Shown: positions 16,833 to 27,458, counted from the stretch's first letter. The stretch: 64,000 bases of DNA from Candidatus Binatus sp. (GCA_035602755.1 DATNLR010000127.1:19719-83718), one strand, 5' to 3'. Made by a program: numbers and translations. Notes: generated by a model from the letters alone, not told the origin.

Positions 16833-19800
16833 TCAAAACGTCAGCTTTAGTCCGAACTCAATCGTGCGCGGCGCTCCCAGCGCAAAAACGCCTGTGCCTA
16901 CGCCGATGCGCACGGAATTGGCGCTTGCATAGGTTGTACCGTTCAGCGAGCCGGGGCCCCCGGTGAGGATTCCACTTAATACGTTGCCGGGAATATTGAA
17001 GTTCGCAAAGTTAAGCAAGTTGTAGAAACTTGCGCTCGGTTCGATCGAGATTTCTCTCTCTTTGATGTTTACTTTGCCCACCCAGGTGAGACTCATATCA
17101 AAGGTCTTCAACCACGTGAGTCCGACTTCTCCCGGGACCACCGGAGAGAGAAGGGGGGCGACAGCACAAGCGGCCCCCGCCGAAATGCTGGCTGGATTAT
17201 TCACGCAAAGCTGATTGCCTACTCCGAGTTGTTGCGCCGTAAACAAGCCCTCCGAGACAAGCAGTTGTCCAGCGGGTGTAAGGTTGTCGGCAACCGTATT
17301 GTTGTAGTTATTTACGACGTTTGGCAAATCGCCGAGAGAGACACCGCGCATGAACGAGCCTTGCTTAGTTCCCGGGATCGGATCACCCACCGTGCCGTCA
17401 CCGGTGAAATCAGTGCGGAAGATTTCCCCTGGTCCAATGCCGGTGGTCGGAACGGCGAGAGCACTGGCCAGCGGGCTATCGAAATGGAAAATCGTTCCCA
17501 AGCGGAAGTGCGCTGGCAGATCTGCGTAGCCGCCGAACGAAAACTGGTGTGTGCGATCCAGTGCGGAAGGACCACTGAAGCCACAGGGTTTATCGTTGTC
17601 GATTGTGGGATTGACGAAGTCCTGATCCGCCGCAGCTGGGGATGTGCCTTCGGAGGTGGTCAAAGCGGCGCCGCAATTGGTGAAGCGGGAAAGAGCGTAT
17701 GCGAATTGGAAATTTAAATACCGTACGCCACGGAATGGGGTTTTCACATTGTCCACTAGCTTGATGTCCAGGGCGTTGTATACAGAGCGGCCAACTGGAT
17801 AAAGAAAGATCGCCGGCCCTACATTCGGATTGATCCCCTGGAAAGCGCACGCAAAACCGAGCGCTATAGAGCAGCCTCCGACGCCCAAGTCGGCCGCCGA
17901 ATCAAGCCCATTGTTGGCGTAGCTGGCAATGGAAGCTCCCGGAAGGTTGGTAAATTGGTCCACTACCGGAGAGTTCAGCGCGCAATTGGTCGCTGCTGCA
18001 CTAAAGGAGAAAGGGCATCCGAATTGCGAGTTGGTTGTGGCGATGGCCCGCTGAGCCGCCCCCAGGCTGAAATACTTCGGGTTCACGTCACCACTGTGGT
18101 TGGCGTCAATCCCGATCAGGTAGTGCAGGTTCACATTGCGGAGATAATCCACACTCAGCACCATGCCCGGCATTATCTCTCGCTGGATTCCTGCATTCAT
18201 TTGAACTGAGTAGGGAGTCCTGTAGTTCGGCGCTAGCGCTCCGAGCGGAATTTCCCCACCGGTTGCGATAAGGTTTGGCAGATAGGACGGGTTCGACGCT
18301 TTGGCACCCACGGCGGAGGAGGCTTGTTGGTAGGTCGTTTGGAAACTGGCGATGCACTGCGCCGAGGTCATCCCGCTACAATTCCCGGCAGTGGATCCCA
18401 GAGTTTGACCGATCAGCGAACCGCAGATTACACCCGCCGCCATTGAGCTACCGCCTAGGAACTGCAAAGTTCCACTTGATCCGGCCTGGGGAAAAGGAAC
18501 TCCGGCAGCTATAGCGTTGCTACATGGTGTCGGGTTCGCAAGGAAGGCTCCTGTTGCAAGTCTTTCCGGACGATCGAATTCGGCGTTGTTCCAAATAGCA
18601 TTCTCATAGAACACACCGATGCCCGCTCGGATAACCGTTTTCGAGTCTTTGCGTGGGTCCCAAGCAAAGCCCAATTGTGGACCGAAGTTGTGATCCGGTT
18701 GACGCACTGGTTTGGTAAGGCCCGGCTGTATCAGGTTTAGCTGCTGAGCTGGAAGCGCTGGAAGGTCACTGTCTGACCGTCCGGTGTCGCGGACGTAGCG
18801 AACCCCATAAGTCACCGTGAGATTGGGTTTAATCTTCCAGCTATCTCCGACGTATAGACCGAGCCGGTTGTCGGGAGGAGTACCGCTGCAAGGCGCATTG
18901 AACGCCGGGATTTCGGTATCGCACTCCTCACCGTTGCCGAGGGTTACGTTATCCACAGGGTAATTGAGCGGGCAAGATGCTCCGGTGATACTACCAGGAC
19001 ATGCGAACGGCCCGTTCATGGCATTGTTAATCTCCGTGGTGCTTCCAATCGGGCTAACGTTGGCGGTGATTGCGCTGAACGAGAATAAGCCGCCTCCACG
19101 TAAGCGGTTGTATGCCACGCCGTAGCGGAGGATGTGTGCGCCCAGCAATTTGCTGCCGTCGTATTTAATCTGGCGATCCGTCTGATAGGTTTGCTGAGGT
19201 GCCAGGAAGTTAGGACCTGTGAGAAAGCCGAAGCTGGTGAAGTTCATGCTGACCGGAAAGTTTGCGAACGGCAAGTCGGAACCAAGAACTGTGTCTCCCA
19301 GGTTATTTATGAATTTCAGGTATTCGAAGCGGAAACTGTGGGTATACCCGCCCTTGGTTGTGAAATCCGCACCTATTACATGCGTTCGCGTGTAATTTTT
19401 GTCTTCGAACGGCTGATAACCGATAGTGCCGCCGGTGGCAACCGCCAAGCTGTCAAAATAGCTAAAGCGGTAAAACATGCGAACGTTTTTCCAAAATTGC
19501 CAATCGAGCCGGGCATCATAATCGGTCTCCCGGAAGGGAGTACCCGTGTTCCCGGTATAAACATTGAATGGCGGAGCCGGGACGATGGGTGCCAAAAGAT
19601 TTTGGTTCGTATGCTCTGCGTCCAGGAAGAAGAAGAGCTTGTCCGTGAGGATGGGGCCGCCGAAATTGCCACCGTCCTGGTTTCGCTGATAGGGCGAAGG
19701 TGGTCCCGGGAGGGCTGCCGAAAAATCGCTGTCGCGAAACAGAGCGAACCCCTCGCCATGATAATTGTTCGTTCCAGAACGTGTGGTGACATTCACTGCG

Positions 19801-20537
19801 CCCGAAGAGGTCAGTTCGTTCGAGAGGTCCAGGGTAGACTGGCTGATTTGAAATTCGTCGATCGCGCTGGCGGGAATATTTTCAGTGGTGGTACCGACGG
19901 TCTCATCGCTTACGTCCACGCCATCGACTTCAATGCGTGCGGTTCGTCCAAAGCGGCCGCCCACTGATATGGAGGAGAAGCCGACTTTTGTGGGGTCGAA
20001 GTCGGCGCCGTCCTGGATTTGTACGCCGGGTTCGAGCTGCGCGAGGTCGAGGAAGTTTCGGCCATTCACCGGCAAGTTCTCGATCTGTTCCTTGTTCAAA
20101 ACTCCCTGCACGGTGGGCTGTTCGGTATTGATCGCCACGGCCTGTTCGGCAACTTCAACGACCGTGTTGGTGGAGCCTACTTGGAGACTAAAGTTGACGC
20201 CCGAGACCACGCCTACCTTTACGATGACTCCCTGTTCAACGGTTTTGAAGCCGGCAGCTTCCGCGCGAACAGAGTAATTTCCGGGAACCAGGGTGCCGGA
20301 GTTATACGCGCCCGCTGAGGAGGTCGTGACGGTGTTGGATTGACCAGTATCCTTATTGGTGATGGTGACTTTCGCGCCTTCCACCACCGCGCCGCTGGGG
20401 TCCGTCAAGGTACCTTGGATGTTTCCGGTCGCCGTAGTGCTCTGCGCCCGCGCTGTCATGGTTGCCAATAAGACGTAGGCGAATAATATGACAAATCGGA
20501 TTAATTTAAGATTATTGGTAGTACGGTGAGAAATCAC
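16833..20537 (-). CDS. TonB-dependent outer-membrane receptor with N-terminal carboxypeptidase-regulatory-like domain
   Basis: Signal peptide. GTLTDPSGAVVEGAKVTITNKDTGQSNTVTTSSAGAYNSGTLVPGNYSVRAEAAGF is a CarboxypepD_reg domain. The plug region carries NLPVNGRNFLDLAQLEPGV. A long beta-barrel follows, and the C-terminus FGLKLTF ends in an aromatic residue. Confidence 0.85.
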   Translation of the reverse strand: MISHRTTNNLKLIRFVILFAYVLLATMTARAQSTTATGNIQGTLTDPSGAVVEGAKVTITNKDTGQSNTVTTSSAGAYNSGTLVPGNYSVRAEAAGFKTVEQGVIVKVGVVSGVNFSLQVGSTNTVVEVAEQAVAINTEQPTVQGVLNKEQIENLPVNGRNFLDLAQLEPGVQIQDGADFDPTKVGFSSISVGGRFGRTARIEVDGVDVSDETVGTTTENIPASAIDEFQISQSTLDLSNELTSSGAVNVTTRSGTNNYHGEGFALFRDSDFSAALPGPPSPYQRNQDGGNFGGPILTDKLFFFLDAEHTNQNLLAPIVPAPPFNVYTGNTGTPFRETDYDARLDWQFWKNVRMFYRFSYFDSLAVATGGTIGYQPFEDKNYTRTHVIGADFTTKGGYTHSFRFEYLKFINNLGDTVLGSDLPFANFPVSMNFTSFGFLTGPNFLAPQQTYQTDRQIKYDGSKLLGAHILRYGVAYNRLRGGGLFSFSAITANVSPIGSTTEINNAMNGPFACPGSITGASCPLNYPVDNVTLGNGEECDTEIPAFNAPCSGTPPDNRLGLYVGDSWKIKPNLTVTYGVRYVRDTGRSDSDLPALPAQQLNLIQPGLTKPVRQPDHNFGPQLGFAWDPRKDSKTVIRAGIGVFYENAIWNNAEFDRPERLATGAFLANPTPCSNAIAAGVPFPQAGSSGTLQFLGGSSMAAGVICGSLIGQTLGSTAGNCSGMTSAQCIASFQTTYQQASSAVGAKASNPSYLPNLIATGGEIPLGALAPNYRTPYSVQMNAGIQREIMPGMVLSVDYLRNVNLHYLIGIDANHSGDVNPKYFSLGAAQRAIATTNSQFGCPFSFSAAATNCALNSPVVDQFTNLPGASIASYANNGLDSAADLGVGGCSIALGFACAFQGINPNVGPAIFLYPVGRSVYNALDIKLVDNVKTPFRGVRYLNFQFAYALSRFTNCGAALTTSEGTSPAAADQDFVNPTIDNDKPCGFSGPSALDRTHQFSFGGYADLPAHFRLGTIFHFDSPLASALAVPTTGIGPGEIFRTDFTGDGTVGDPIPGTKQGSFMRGVSLGDLPNVVNNYNNTVADNLTPAGQLLVSEGLFTAQQLGVGNQLCVNNPASISAGAACAVAPLLSPVVPGEVGLTWLKTFDMSLTWVGKVNIKEREISIEPSASFYNLLNFANFNIPGNVLSGILTGGPGSLNGTTYASANSVRIGVGTGVFALGAPRTIEFGLKLTF

Positions 20538-20741
20538 CTAACACCCCCAGTGGCGTTATCTGATTGCCTGGTTGCGGTTTATATTTAGATCGACAACAAG
20601 TCAAGAAGAATCCACACGCTAGACTGCAAACGCGATGCCAGAAATACAACAATTCCACTGGCCGTTTTGTGCCTCACACGCACCATTTGTTCCGGCGCAC
20701 GCGGGAAAATTTCGTATCGAAGTTGACAGTTTCGGGTGGGA

Positions 20742-22130
20742 CTAATGCTGGGCAGCGCCGCCGAGCTCGCGAACGATGGCGCCTACGAAAGCTTTGGCGT
20801 CTCCGAAAAGCATCAGCGTCTGATCGAGGTAGTAAAGCGGGTTATCGATTCCGGCGAAGCCAGGACTCATGCCGCGTTTGATCACCATTACGGTGCGAGC
20901 TTTATCGACGTCCAGAATTGGCATGCCGTAGATCGGGCTGCTGGGATCGCTGCGAGCTGCGGGATTTGTGACGTCGTTCGCGCCGATTACCAGCGCTACG
21001 TCTGTCTGGGGAAAATCGCCGTTAATTTCATCCAGGTCCAATAGCTTGTCGTAGGGGATATCCGCTTCGGCCAACAAAACGTTCATGTGCCCTGGCATGC
21101 GGCCCGCTACTGGGTGAATACCGAATTTCACGTCCACGCCGCGCTTGGTTAACGCATCGTAAAGCTCCCGCACTTTGTGCTGTGCCTGCGCGACAGCTAG
21201 CCCATATCCGGGAACGATTACAACTTTGCTCGCTGCGGAAAGAATCGCGGCAGCTTCTTCGGCAGTGGCGCTCCGCACGCTACGAGTCTCTTGCGCCCCG
21301 GCGCCCGTCGCTTGTTCCTGGCCGAATGCGCCAAACAGTACGTTCGTAAACGAACGGTTCATGGCCTTCGACATGTTCAAAGACAGAATGAAGCCTGAAG
21401 CGCCGTCCAAAGCGCCGGCCACGATCAACAGTTTGCTATCGAGAACAAAACCCATGGCAGCCGCTGAAAGTCCCGCGTACGAATTCAGTAGGGAAATTAC
21501 GGTCGGCATGTCGGCCCCGCCGATCGGAATAATCATTAGGATGCCGAACAGCAAGGGAATCCCGACGATGAAAGGAAAGACATGCGCGTGACCAGGATGC
21601 GTCACAACGTAAGCTGCCAATCCAATCGCAACAGCGAGCACGCTGAGATTGAGGAAGTTCTGTCCTTTAAAGGTGATCGGGCGCTGTGGCAGGACTTCCT
21701 GCAATTTTCCAGCGGCCATCAAGCTGCCAGTGAACGTCAGCGAGCCTAGAATCACTTCCATGCAAAGAACCGACATGGTGAATCGTGAAACCTCTGTGCC
21801 GCGAAGATAAAACTCGGAGGTACCGACCAGCGTCACACAAAGGGCTCCAAACGCGTGACTAAGCGCAGTCCGCTGTGGCACCGCCGTCATGTGAACCATG
21901 CCGAGCGGGACACCGATGATGGTCCCGAGCACGAGGGCCATGGCGATCCACTTGTAATCAACGATGCCGTGGTTCAGAAGTGTTCCGGCGATGGCCAGAA
22001 CCATGCCTACTTCGCCGGCCCATACGCCGTGGCGGGCGGTTGTCGGCGCGCTCATCCATTTCAGCGAGAGAATGAACAGAGCAGTGGCAGCCAGATAAGT
22101 GAGTTCGATGATGTGTTGGGGAACCTGCAT
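20742..22130 (-). CDS. pntB: NAD(P) transhydrogenase subunit beta
   Basis: Multi-TM N-terminal half. C-terminal dIII NADP(H)-binding domain with VIVPGYGLAVAQAQH, HPVAGRMPGHMNVLLAEA and VIGANDVTNPAA. Confidence 0.95.
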   Translation of the reverse strand: MQVPQHIIELTYLAATALFILSLKWMSAPTTARHGVWAGEVGMVLAIAGTLLNHGIVDYKWIAMALVLGTIIGVPLGMVHMTAVPQRTALSHAFGALCVTLVGTSEFYLRGTEVSRFTMSVLCMEVILGSLTFTGSLMAAGKLQEVLPQRPITFKGQNFLNLSVLAVAIGLAAYVVTHPGHAHVFPFIVGIPLLFGILMIIPIGGADMPTVISLLNSYAGLSAAAMGFVLDSKLLIVAGALDGASGFILSLNMSKAMNRSFTNVLFGAFGQEQATGAGAQETRSVRSATAEEAAAILSAASKVVIVPGYGLAVAQAQHKVRELYDALTKRGVDVKFGIHPVAGRMPGHMNVLLAEADIPYDKLLDLDEINGDFPQTDVALVIGANDVTNPAARSDPSSPIYGMPILDVDKARTVMVIKRGMSPGFAGIDNPLYYLDQTLMLFGDAKAFVGAIVRELGGAAQH

Positions 22131-22135
22131 CTAGA

Positions 22136-22432
22136 TCACGGTTTTTGCGGGCGGCTGGATTTGAACATCTTGAGCATTCGATCCGTGATTAGAAAGCCGC
22201 CGACAACGTTGCTGGTGGCGGCCACAATCGCGATGGTGCCGAGCACGGTCGATAGTGTGCTTTTATGAGCGCCGACCAAAAGAATGGCGCCCACCACGGC
22301 GATGGCGTCGAGCGCGTTCGTTAAGGACATGAGCGGCGTATGCAGCAATGGAGAAATACGCCGAATCACTTCGAATCCGATGAAAGCGGCGAGCATGAAG
22401 ACGTACAGGTCGGTCATCAAATCGAATTTCAT
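22136..22432 (-). CDS. pntAB: NAD(P) transhydrogenase subunit alpha part 2 (membrane part)
   Basis: 98-aa three-helix membrane protein (FMLAAFIGFEVI..., HTPLMSLTNA). It lies between the alpha-1 and beta genes with 5-nt gaps on each side. Confidence 0.9.
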   Translation of the reverse strand: MKFDLMTDLYVFMLAAFIGFEVIRRISPLLHTPLMSLTNALDAIAVVGAILLVGAHKSTLSTVLGTIAIVAATSNVVGGFLITDRMLKMFKSSRPQKP

Positions 22433-22437
22433 AAAGT

Positions 22438-23619
22438 CTAATTTCCTCCCTGCTTTGCTGCGAGCGCCGGCAATTTGTAAAACTCGCGAACTCGCGGGTT
22501 GACTATTTCACCTTGCTTGGTTACCAGCGTGCTGCGAATAATTTCGTCTTCGGGGTTGAGCTGTAACTTTCCGTCTTTTACCAGGTGTAGCAAAAAAGCG
22601 CTGATGTTGCGCGCATACATCTGGCTCGCGTTATACGGCACGCGACTAGCCAGATTGATCCAGCCGATAATGCTGACACCATGCTCGATAACAACTTCGC
22701 CCGGCCTGGTAAGTTCGCAGTTTCCTCCGCGCTCTGAAGCTAAATCGACGATTACAGATCCTGGCGCCATGCGCGCGACCATCTCTCTCGTGATCAGAAC
22801 TGGTGATTTTTGTCCTGGAATCACGGCAGCAGTTATGACCACGTCGCTTTCAGCCACCATGCGACCGAGCAATTCGCGCTGGCTCTTGTAGAAATCTTCA
22901 CTTTGCGCTCGCGCGTAACCTCCTGCGTCCTGCGCGTCCGTAGCTTCGATGGGAAGCTCCACAAATCGACCGCCCAAACTCTGTACCTGTTCTTTGGCGG
23001 CAGGCCGCATGTCGTAAGCAGACGTGACGGCTCCCAGCCGACGGGCGGTGGCGATGGCCTGGAGGCCGGCAACACCTGCGCCGATTACGAAAACGCGTCC
23101 GGGCGTAATGGTGCCGGCAGCGGTAGTCAACATGGGAAACATTCTGGGCAGAGTATCAGCCGCGATGAGCACCGCTTTGTAACCGCATATTGTGCCCATA
23201 GAGGAAAGCGCATCCATGCTTTGCGCGCGAGTCGTTCGCGGCATCAATTCCACGGAAAACGAAATCGCGCCGGTGGCGGCCACATCTTGCACCGTCTCCA
23301 GGCTCCCCAGCGGTCGCAAAAATCCGATTAACCCTTGTTCTCGACGTAACAGCGCAAGATCGCCTTTCCCGGATTTGTCATTTGAGCCGTAGCACAATAC
23401 TTGGACGACGATATCGGCGGTACGAAAAACATCCGCACGCTGGGGAACGATCTTTGCACCCTTGGCCAGGTAGTCCGCATCCGGATAGCCAGCGCCCACA
23501 CCCGCGCCGGCTTCTAGCACAACTTCGATGCCAGCTTTCGTGAGATTTGGAACGACTGCGGGCGTCAACGCGACTCGCAACTCCCCCGGAAAGCTTTCCC
23601 GCGGTACTCCTACGATCAC
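22438..23619 (-). CDS. pntAA: NAD(P) transhydrogenase subunit alpha part 1 (dI, NAD(H)-binding, alanine-dehydrogenase-like)
   Basis: Motifs VGVPRESFPGELRVALTP, the Rossmann motif VFVIGAGVAGLQAIATARRLGA, and AVIPGQKSPVLIT. GTG start. Confidence 0.95.
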   Translation of the reverse strand: MIVGVPRESFPGELRVALTPAVVPNLTKAGIEVVLEAGAGVGAGYPDADYLAKGAKIVPQRADVFRTADIVVQVLCYGSNDKSGKGDLALLRREQGLIGFLRPLGSLETVQDVAATGAISFSVELMPRTTRAQSMDALSSMGTICGYKAVLIAADTLPRMFPMLTTAAGTITPGRVFVIGAGVAGLQAIATARRLGAVTSAYDMRPAAKEQVQSLGGRFVELPIEATDAQDAGGYARAQSEDFYKSQRELLGRMVAESDVVITAAVIPGQKSPVLITREMVARMAPGSVIVDLASERGGNCELTRPGEVVIEHGVSIIGWINLASRVPYNASQMYARNISAFLLHLVKDGKLQLNPEDEIIRSTLVTKQGEIVNPRVREFYKLPALAAKQGGN

Positions 23620-23906
23620 GAGAGCTTCTCCGGGTCTAGCACGTTACATTTTGCCGCCAGCGGAAGATGAACCAACGGTATCTGGAAATTAGAAGGGGAC
23701 CAATTCATACCAACAGGTTTTGAGTAGGTCATCAAATCAAAACATTCTGGAGGAGCGCGAAGTCCACTGTGAAAAACACGCACTCTCTAACGCCGACATT
23801 CTATCTGCAAAGCTGATAAAGTCCACTGACAATTGGAGAGCAGATTTTTCTGTCGATTCTTAATCACGAGTGCGTGCAGAATCGGGTTTATCAAGCTGGG
23901 GAAAGC

Positions 23907-24776
23907 ATGAGCGAGAAAGACCAGGCTTGGCGGAATTGGCCGCTGGTGCGAATCGAGAAAGAATATTCGCCGAGCAGTTGCGTGCCGTCCGCCGAGCCGT
24001 TTATGGCAGAGTATGCGATCCGCAGCCGCGAGGCTAAAGAGACCCTCGCTTGCCAGCAGGATCTGCGTTGGGGCGGGCATCCCGACGAAACCTTGGATTT
24101 TTTCCCCGCGCCTTCGAGAAATTCTCCGTTGCTCGTTTTCATTCACGGCGGCTACTGGCAGGAGCTGTCGAAAAATGAATCGTTGTTCCCCGCTCCCGAT
24201 AGTGTAGCGAACGAAATCGCATTCGCCTCCGTCAACTACACGTTAGCGCCGCGAGCTGGCCTGGAAAAAATCGTTGATCAATGCCGGCGAGCAGTGGCCT
24301 GGCTGCATCGGCAAGCGGATGCGCTGGGCTTCGATCGCGACCGGATTTTTATTTCAGGAAGCTCTGCCGGCGCGCATCTGGCTGCCATGATGTTGCTGAA
24401 AGGGTGGCAAACAACGCTGGGCCTTTCAGATCATGCCGTCGCGGGCGCGATTTTACTCAGCGGAATCTACGATCTGGAACCTTTGGTGGGGACCTATATT
24501 TCGAAACCGTTGAACCTTACAGCCGCCGATGCACACGGCCTTAGTCCTATGAACTTGGCCTTAGGTCGCCCGGTGTCAGTCATCGTGGCGTGGGGAGAAA
24601 ACGAGACCAGCGAATCCAAGCGTCAAAGCAAAAGCTACGCTTCGCGATTGCATGACGCAGGCTTTGCGGTCTCGGCGTTTGAAGTTGCGGGAGCGAATCA
24701 CTTCGATATCGTTTTGGGTTTGGCTGATCCGCAGACACCATTAGGACGTGCGACGCTGGAATTAATTGGCAGCTAA
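23907..24776 (+). CDS. Alpha/beta-hydrolase arylformamidase; probable kynurenine formamidase of the eukaryote-like (BNA7/AFMID) type
   Basis: Oxyanion-hole motif FIHGGYWQ and nucleophile elbow ISGSSAGAHL. It is convergent with kynU, with 21 nt between the two stops. The function is inferred from context. The ORF extends upstream to 23874. Confidence 0.6.
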   Translation: MSEKDQAWRNWPLVRIEKEYSPSSCVPSAEPFMAEYAIRSREAKETLACQQDLRWGGHPDETLDFFPAPSRNSPLLVFIHGGYWQELSKNESLFPAPDSVANEIAFASVNYTLAPRAGLEKIVDQCRRAVAWLHRQADALGFDRDRIFISGSSAGAHLAAMMLLKGWQTTLGLSDHAVAGAILLSGIYDLEPLVGTYISKPLNLTAADAHGLSPMNLALGRPVSVIVAWGENETSESKRQSKSYASRLHDAGFAVSAFEVAGANHFDIVLGLADPQTPLGRATLELIGS

Positions 24777-24797
24777 AGCACTCGCGCGAAAGCGATG

Positions 24798-26075
24798 TTA
24801 GGCGCGTATCGCAGCGAGGAACTTCTCGGCAAAAGTGTGCACGTCTGAGAATGTGTTGTAGAGAGGCACGGGCGCGACTCGAAGGATGTCTGGCTCGCGC
24901 CAGTCGCAAATAATTCCTTTTTTGGCGAGAGTGTCACAAACTTCGCGGCCTACTTCGCCCACTCGCAACGACAGTTGTGCTCCTCGCTGCGCGCCATCTT
25001 GTGGCGTGATGATGGAAAAGGCCTTCGAAGAGGTCTGCTGCAGCAAGAACTCCAGATAGCCTGTCAGTAACTCGCTTTTCGAACGCAAGCGCTGCATGGT
25101 TGCTTCATCGAAAATTTCCAGCGAAGCTCGTAGCGCGGCTGCCGACAGAATGGATGGGTTGCTTAATTGCCATCCTTCGGCGCCTGGGATGGCCTCGAAA
25201 TCCGGAGGCATGCGGAAACGATTTCCCTTGTCGTGGCCCCACCAGCCGGAGAACCGCGGCAATTGGGAATCTCGCGCGTGGCGTTGGTGTACAAAGCATC
25301 CGGCTATAGCCCCAGGACCAGCATTGAGGTATTTGTAACTGCACCAGACTGCGAAGTCGATATCCCAGTCATGTAATTTCAGCGGAAGATTTCCGGCTGC
25401 GTGCGCCATATCGAAGCCGACAACGCATCCTTTCGCGTGTCCGGCATCCGTGATGCGGCGAAAATCGAAGGCCTGTCCGGAGTAGTAATTGACGCCGCCG
25501 AGCATGACCAGCGCGATTTTGTGACCTTCGCGGGCGATTAACTCTTCGATGTCCTCGGTGCGAATCCAGGTTTCGCCTGCGCGCGGCTTTACTTCGATCA
25601 GCGCTTCTGCCGGACGATAGCCGTGATACTGAATCTGTGACTTCACGGCATATTGATCGGAAGGGAAGGCGTTCGCTTCTATCAGTATTTTATTTCGTTT
25701 CGCGGCGGGACGGTAGAAAGAAACCATCATCAGGTGCAGGTTAACGGTGAGCGAATTCATGGCCACTACTTCGATGGGAAGGGCGCCTACTAAACGTGAA
25801 ACGGAGTCGGTAAGAATCTCGTGGTAGGGCATCCACGGATTGCGCGCCTGAAAATGGGCATCGACACCGAGTCGCGCCCAATCTTCCAGTTCCTGTTCCA
25901 CATACTCACGCGTCGAAGTTGGCTGCAATCCAAGGGAGTGGCCGCAGAGATAGACGCAATCGGAGCCGTTCGGCATTTGGGGAATGTGAAAACGTTCACG
26001 AAAGGCTACCAGCGGGTCGCGAGCCGTTTGTTCTGCGGCGAATTCTTTGCTGGTCCCGAATGCGATCGCAGACAC
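24798..26075 (-). CDS. kynU: Kynureninase (PLP-dependent)
   Basis: Typical kynureninase blocks: YLCGHSLGLQP, EDWARLGV, FPSDQYA, DFAVWCSYKYLNAGPG and SGWWGH. Confidence 0.95.
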   Translation of the reverse strand: MSAIAFGTSKEFAAEQTARDPLVAFRERFHIPQMPNGSDCVYLCGHSLGLQPTSTREYVEQELEDWARLGVDAHFQARNPWMPYHEILTDSVSRLVGALPIEVVAMNSLTVNLHLMMVSFYRPAAKRNKILIEANAFPSDQYAVKSQIQYHGYRPAEALIEVKPRAGETWIRTEDIEELIAREGHKIALVMLGGVNYYSGQAFDFRRITDAGHAKGCVVGFDMAHAAGNLPLKLHDWDIDFAVWCSYKYLNAGPGAIAGCFVHQRHARDSQLPRFSGWWGHDKGNRFRMPPDFEAIPGAEGWQLSNPSILSAAALRASLEIFDEATMQRLRSKSELLTGYLEFLLQQTSSKAFSIITPQDGAQRGAQLSLRVGEVGREVCDTLAKKGIICDWREPDILRVAPVPLYNTFSDVHTFAEKFLAAIRA

Positions 26076-27458
26076 TTAGAATTGCTCCAGTGGAGTTAAC
26101 TGACGATGGATCATGGATTCCGCTTTTTGCCAGTCAATATCTTCGATGCGTTCGATCGATTGGCATAACTCGGTCAACATCGCGTCCTGAACGCGTCCCC
26201 GCGAAAGAGCCACAGAATAGGGAAGGCGCTGAAAGGTGACCATCGCATACTTAGGAACGAAAAAGAGCGGATATTTGGCTGCGAGCGCAAGCTCCACTTT
26301 TTTCTTGAACAGGAACCTCGGATCGGCGACACGATCACGCATCTCCACGAAATTTTCGAGAGCTAAATCGGCAATAGCGTCGGTGTTTGCTTTTCGCAAG
26401 TTCTCAAACTCGGGAAATATCGCCGCCCAATCGGATCCGTGGCGATCGAGAAGTTCCAGCAGAGCGGTGCAATCCTCGAACGCGCAATTCATTCCCTGAC
26501 CGAAGAAGGGAACGATGGCATGGGCGGCGTCCCCGATCAGGAGCGATTTCGCATCCACGTGCCACGGCGAACACTTCACCGTCACCATCGAGCCGGTCGG
26601 ATTGTCGAGAAAGTTTTCGCCGAGCTGCGGCATCCATGCTACAGCGTCAGGGAAGTTCAACTCGAAGAATTCCAGGAACTTGCTCTCCGAATCGAGATTG
26701 GCAAAACTTGTTGTTCCTTCAAACGGCAGGAAAAGTATGCAGGCAAAAGTGCCATCCACATTGGGCAATGCGATCAGCATGTGCGATCCGCGCGGCCATA
26801 TGTGCAGGGCGTTCGGCACCAGAACGTGTTTTGTATCGGGCCCCGCGGCAATGGTGAGCTCTTTATAGCCGTAGTCGAGATACTGTTGTGACAAATTGAA
26901 CCGGTTGAGCTTAAGCATGGCGAGTCGGACCGCAGAAGACGCACCGTCTGCGCCGATGATAACGCCGGAATCGACATCCGTTTCGCTGCCGGTCCGTTCG
27001 TTGCGGAAACGAGCGGTCCCCGCATGCAAATCGAGCCCTATACAACGCTCGTCAAAATGTATTTGGACGCCGCATTTTTCGGCGTCGTTCATCAGGGCTG
27101 CATTCAAGTCCGCGCGAGAAATCGAATTGATTACTTCTGTTTCATCTTTTCCGTAGGGCTGAAAAGTAAGCTCGCCGGACAGCGAGTGCATCATGCGGCC
27201 TTTCATCGGAATGATGATATTGCGCATGGATTCCCAAAGCCCTGCTTCGCGCAGTGCGTGGATTCCACGAACGGAAATGGCGAGATTGATCGAGCGCCCT
27301 GCTGAGAGACGAACGCGGCGCGGGTCCGCACGACGTTCGTAAATGGCGACGCGAAATCCGCGCTGAACGAGCGAGATCGCGAGCAGAGGGCCGGTAAGCC
27401 CGGCGCCGACGAGGGTAACTGTATCGGATGTACTTGGCATGTATCGGCGGAATCTCAA
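26076..27458 (-). CDS. kmo: Kynurenine 3-monooxygenase (FAD-dependent)
   Basis: FAD motif VTLVGAGLTGPLLAISLVQRGFRVAIYERR. Further blocks RSINLAISVRG, LIGDAAHAIVPFFGQGMNCAFED and a C-terminal KMO-type tail. Its stop abuts the kynU start. Confidence 0.9.
   Translation of the reverse strand: MRFRRYMPSTSDTVTLVGAGLTGPLLAISLVQRGFRVAIYERRADPRRVRLSAGRSINLAISVRGIHALREAGLWESMRNIIIPMKGRMMHSLSGELTFQPYGKDETEVINSISRADLNAALMNDAEKCGVQIHFDERCIGLDLHAGTARFRNERTGSETDVDSGVIIGADGASSAVRLAMLKLNRFNLSQQYLDYGYKELTIAAGPDTKHVLVPNALHIWPRGSHMLIALPNVDGTFACILFLPFEGTTSFANLDSESKFLEFFELNFPDAVAWMPQLGENFLDNPTGSMVTVKCSPWHVDAKSLLIGDAAHAIVPFFGQGMNCAFEDCTALLELLDRHGSDWAAIFPEFENLRKANTDAIADLALENFVEMRDRVADPRFLFKKKVELALAAKYPLFFVPKYAMVTFQRLPYSVALSRGRVQDAMLTELCQSIERIEDIDWQKAESMIHRQLTPLEQF

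Noticed and set aside
19134-19967. 277-aa plus-strand ORF, and neighbours at 17229..17717 and 19885..20277, within the TonB-dependent receptor gene
   Set aside because: They are antisense shadows of a 1234-aa gene with clear plug, barrel and CarboxypepD_reg features.
20742-27458. Functional link between the pnt transhydrogenase operon (NADPH supply) and the NADPH-dependent kynurenine 3-monooxygenase
   Set aside because: The adjacency is separated by a divergent promoter region and a convergent gene. The pnt operon is a general housekeeping unit, so the link is treated as coincidence unless synteny data say otherwise.
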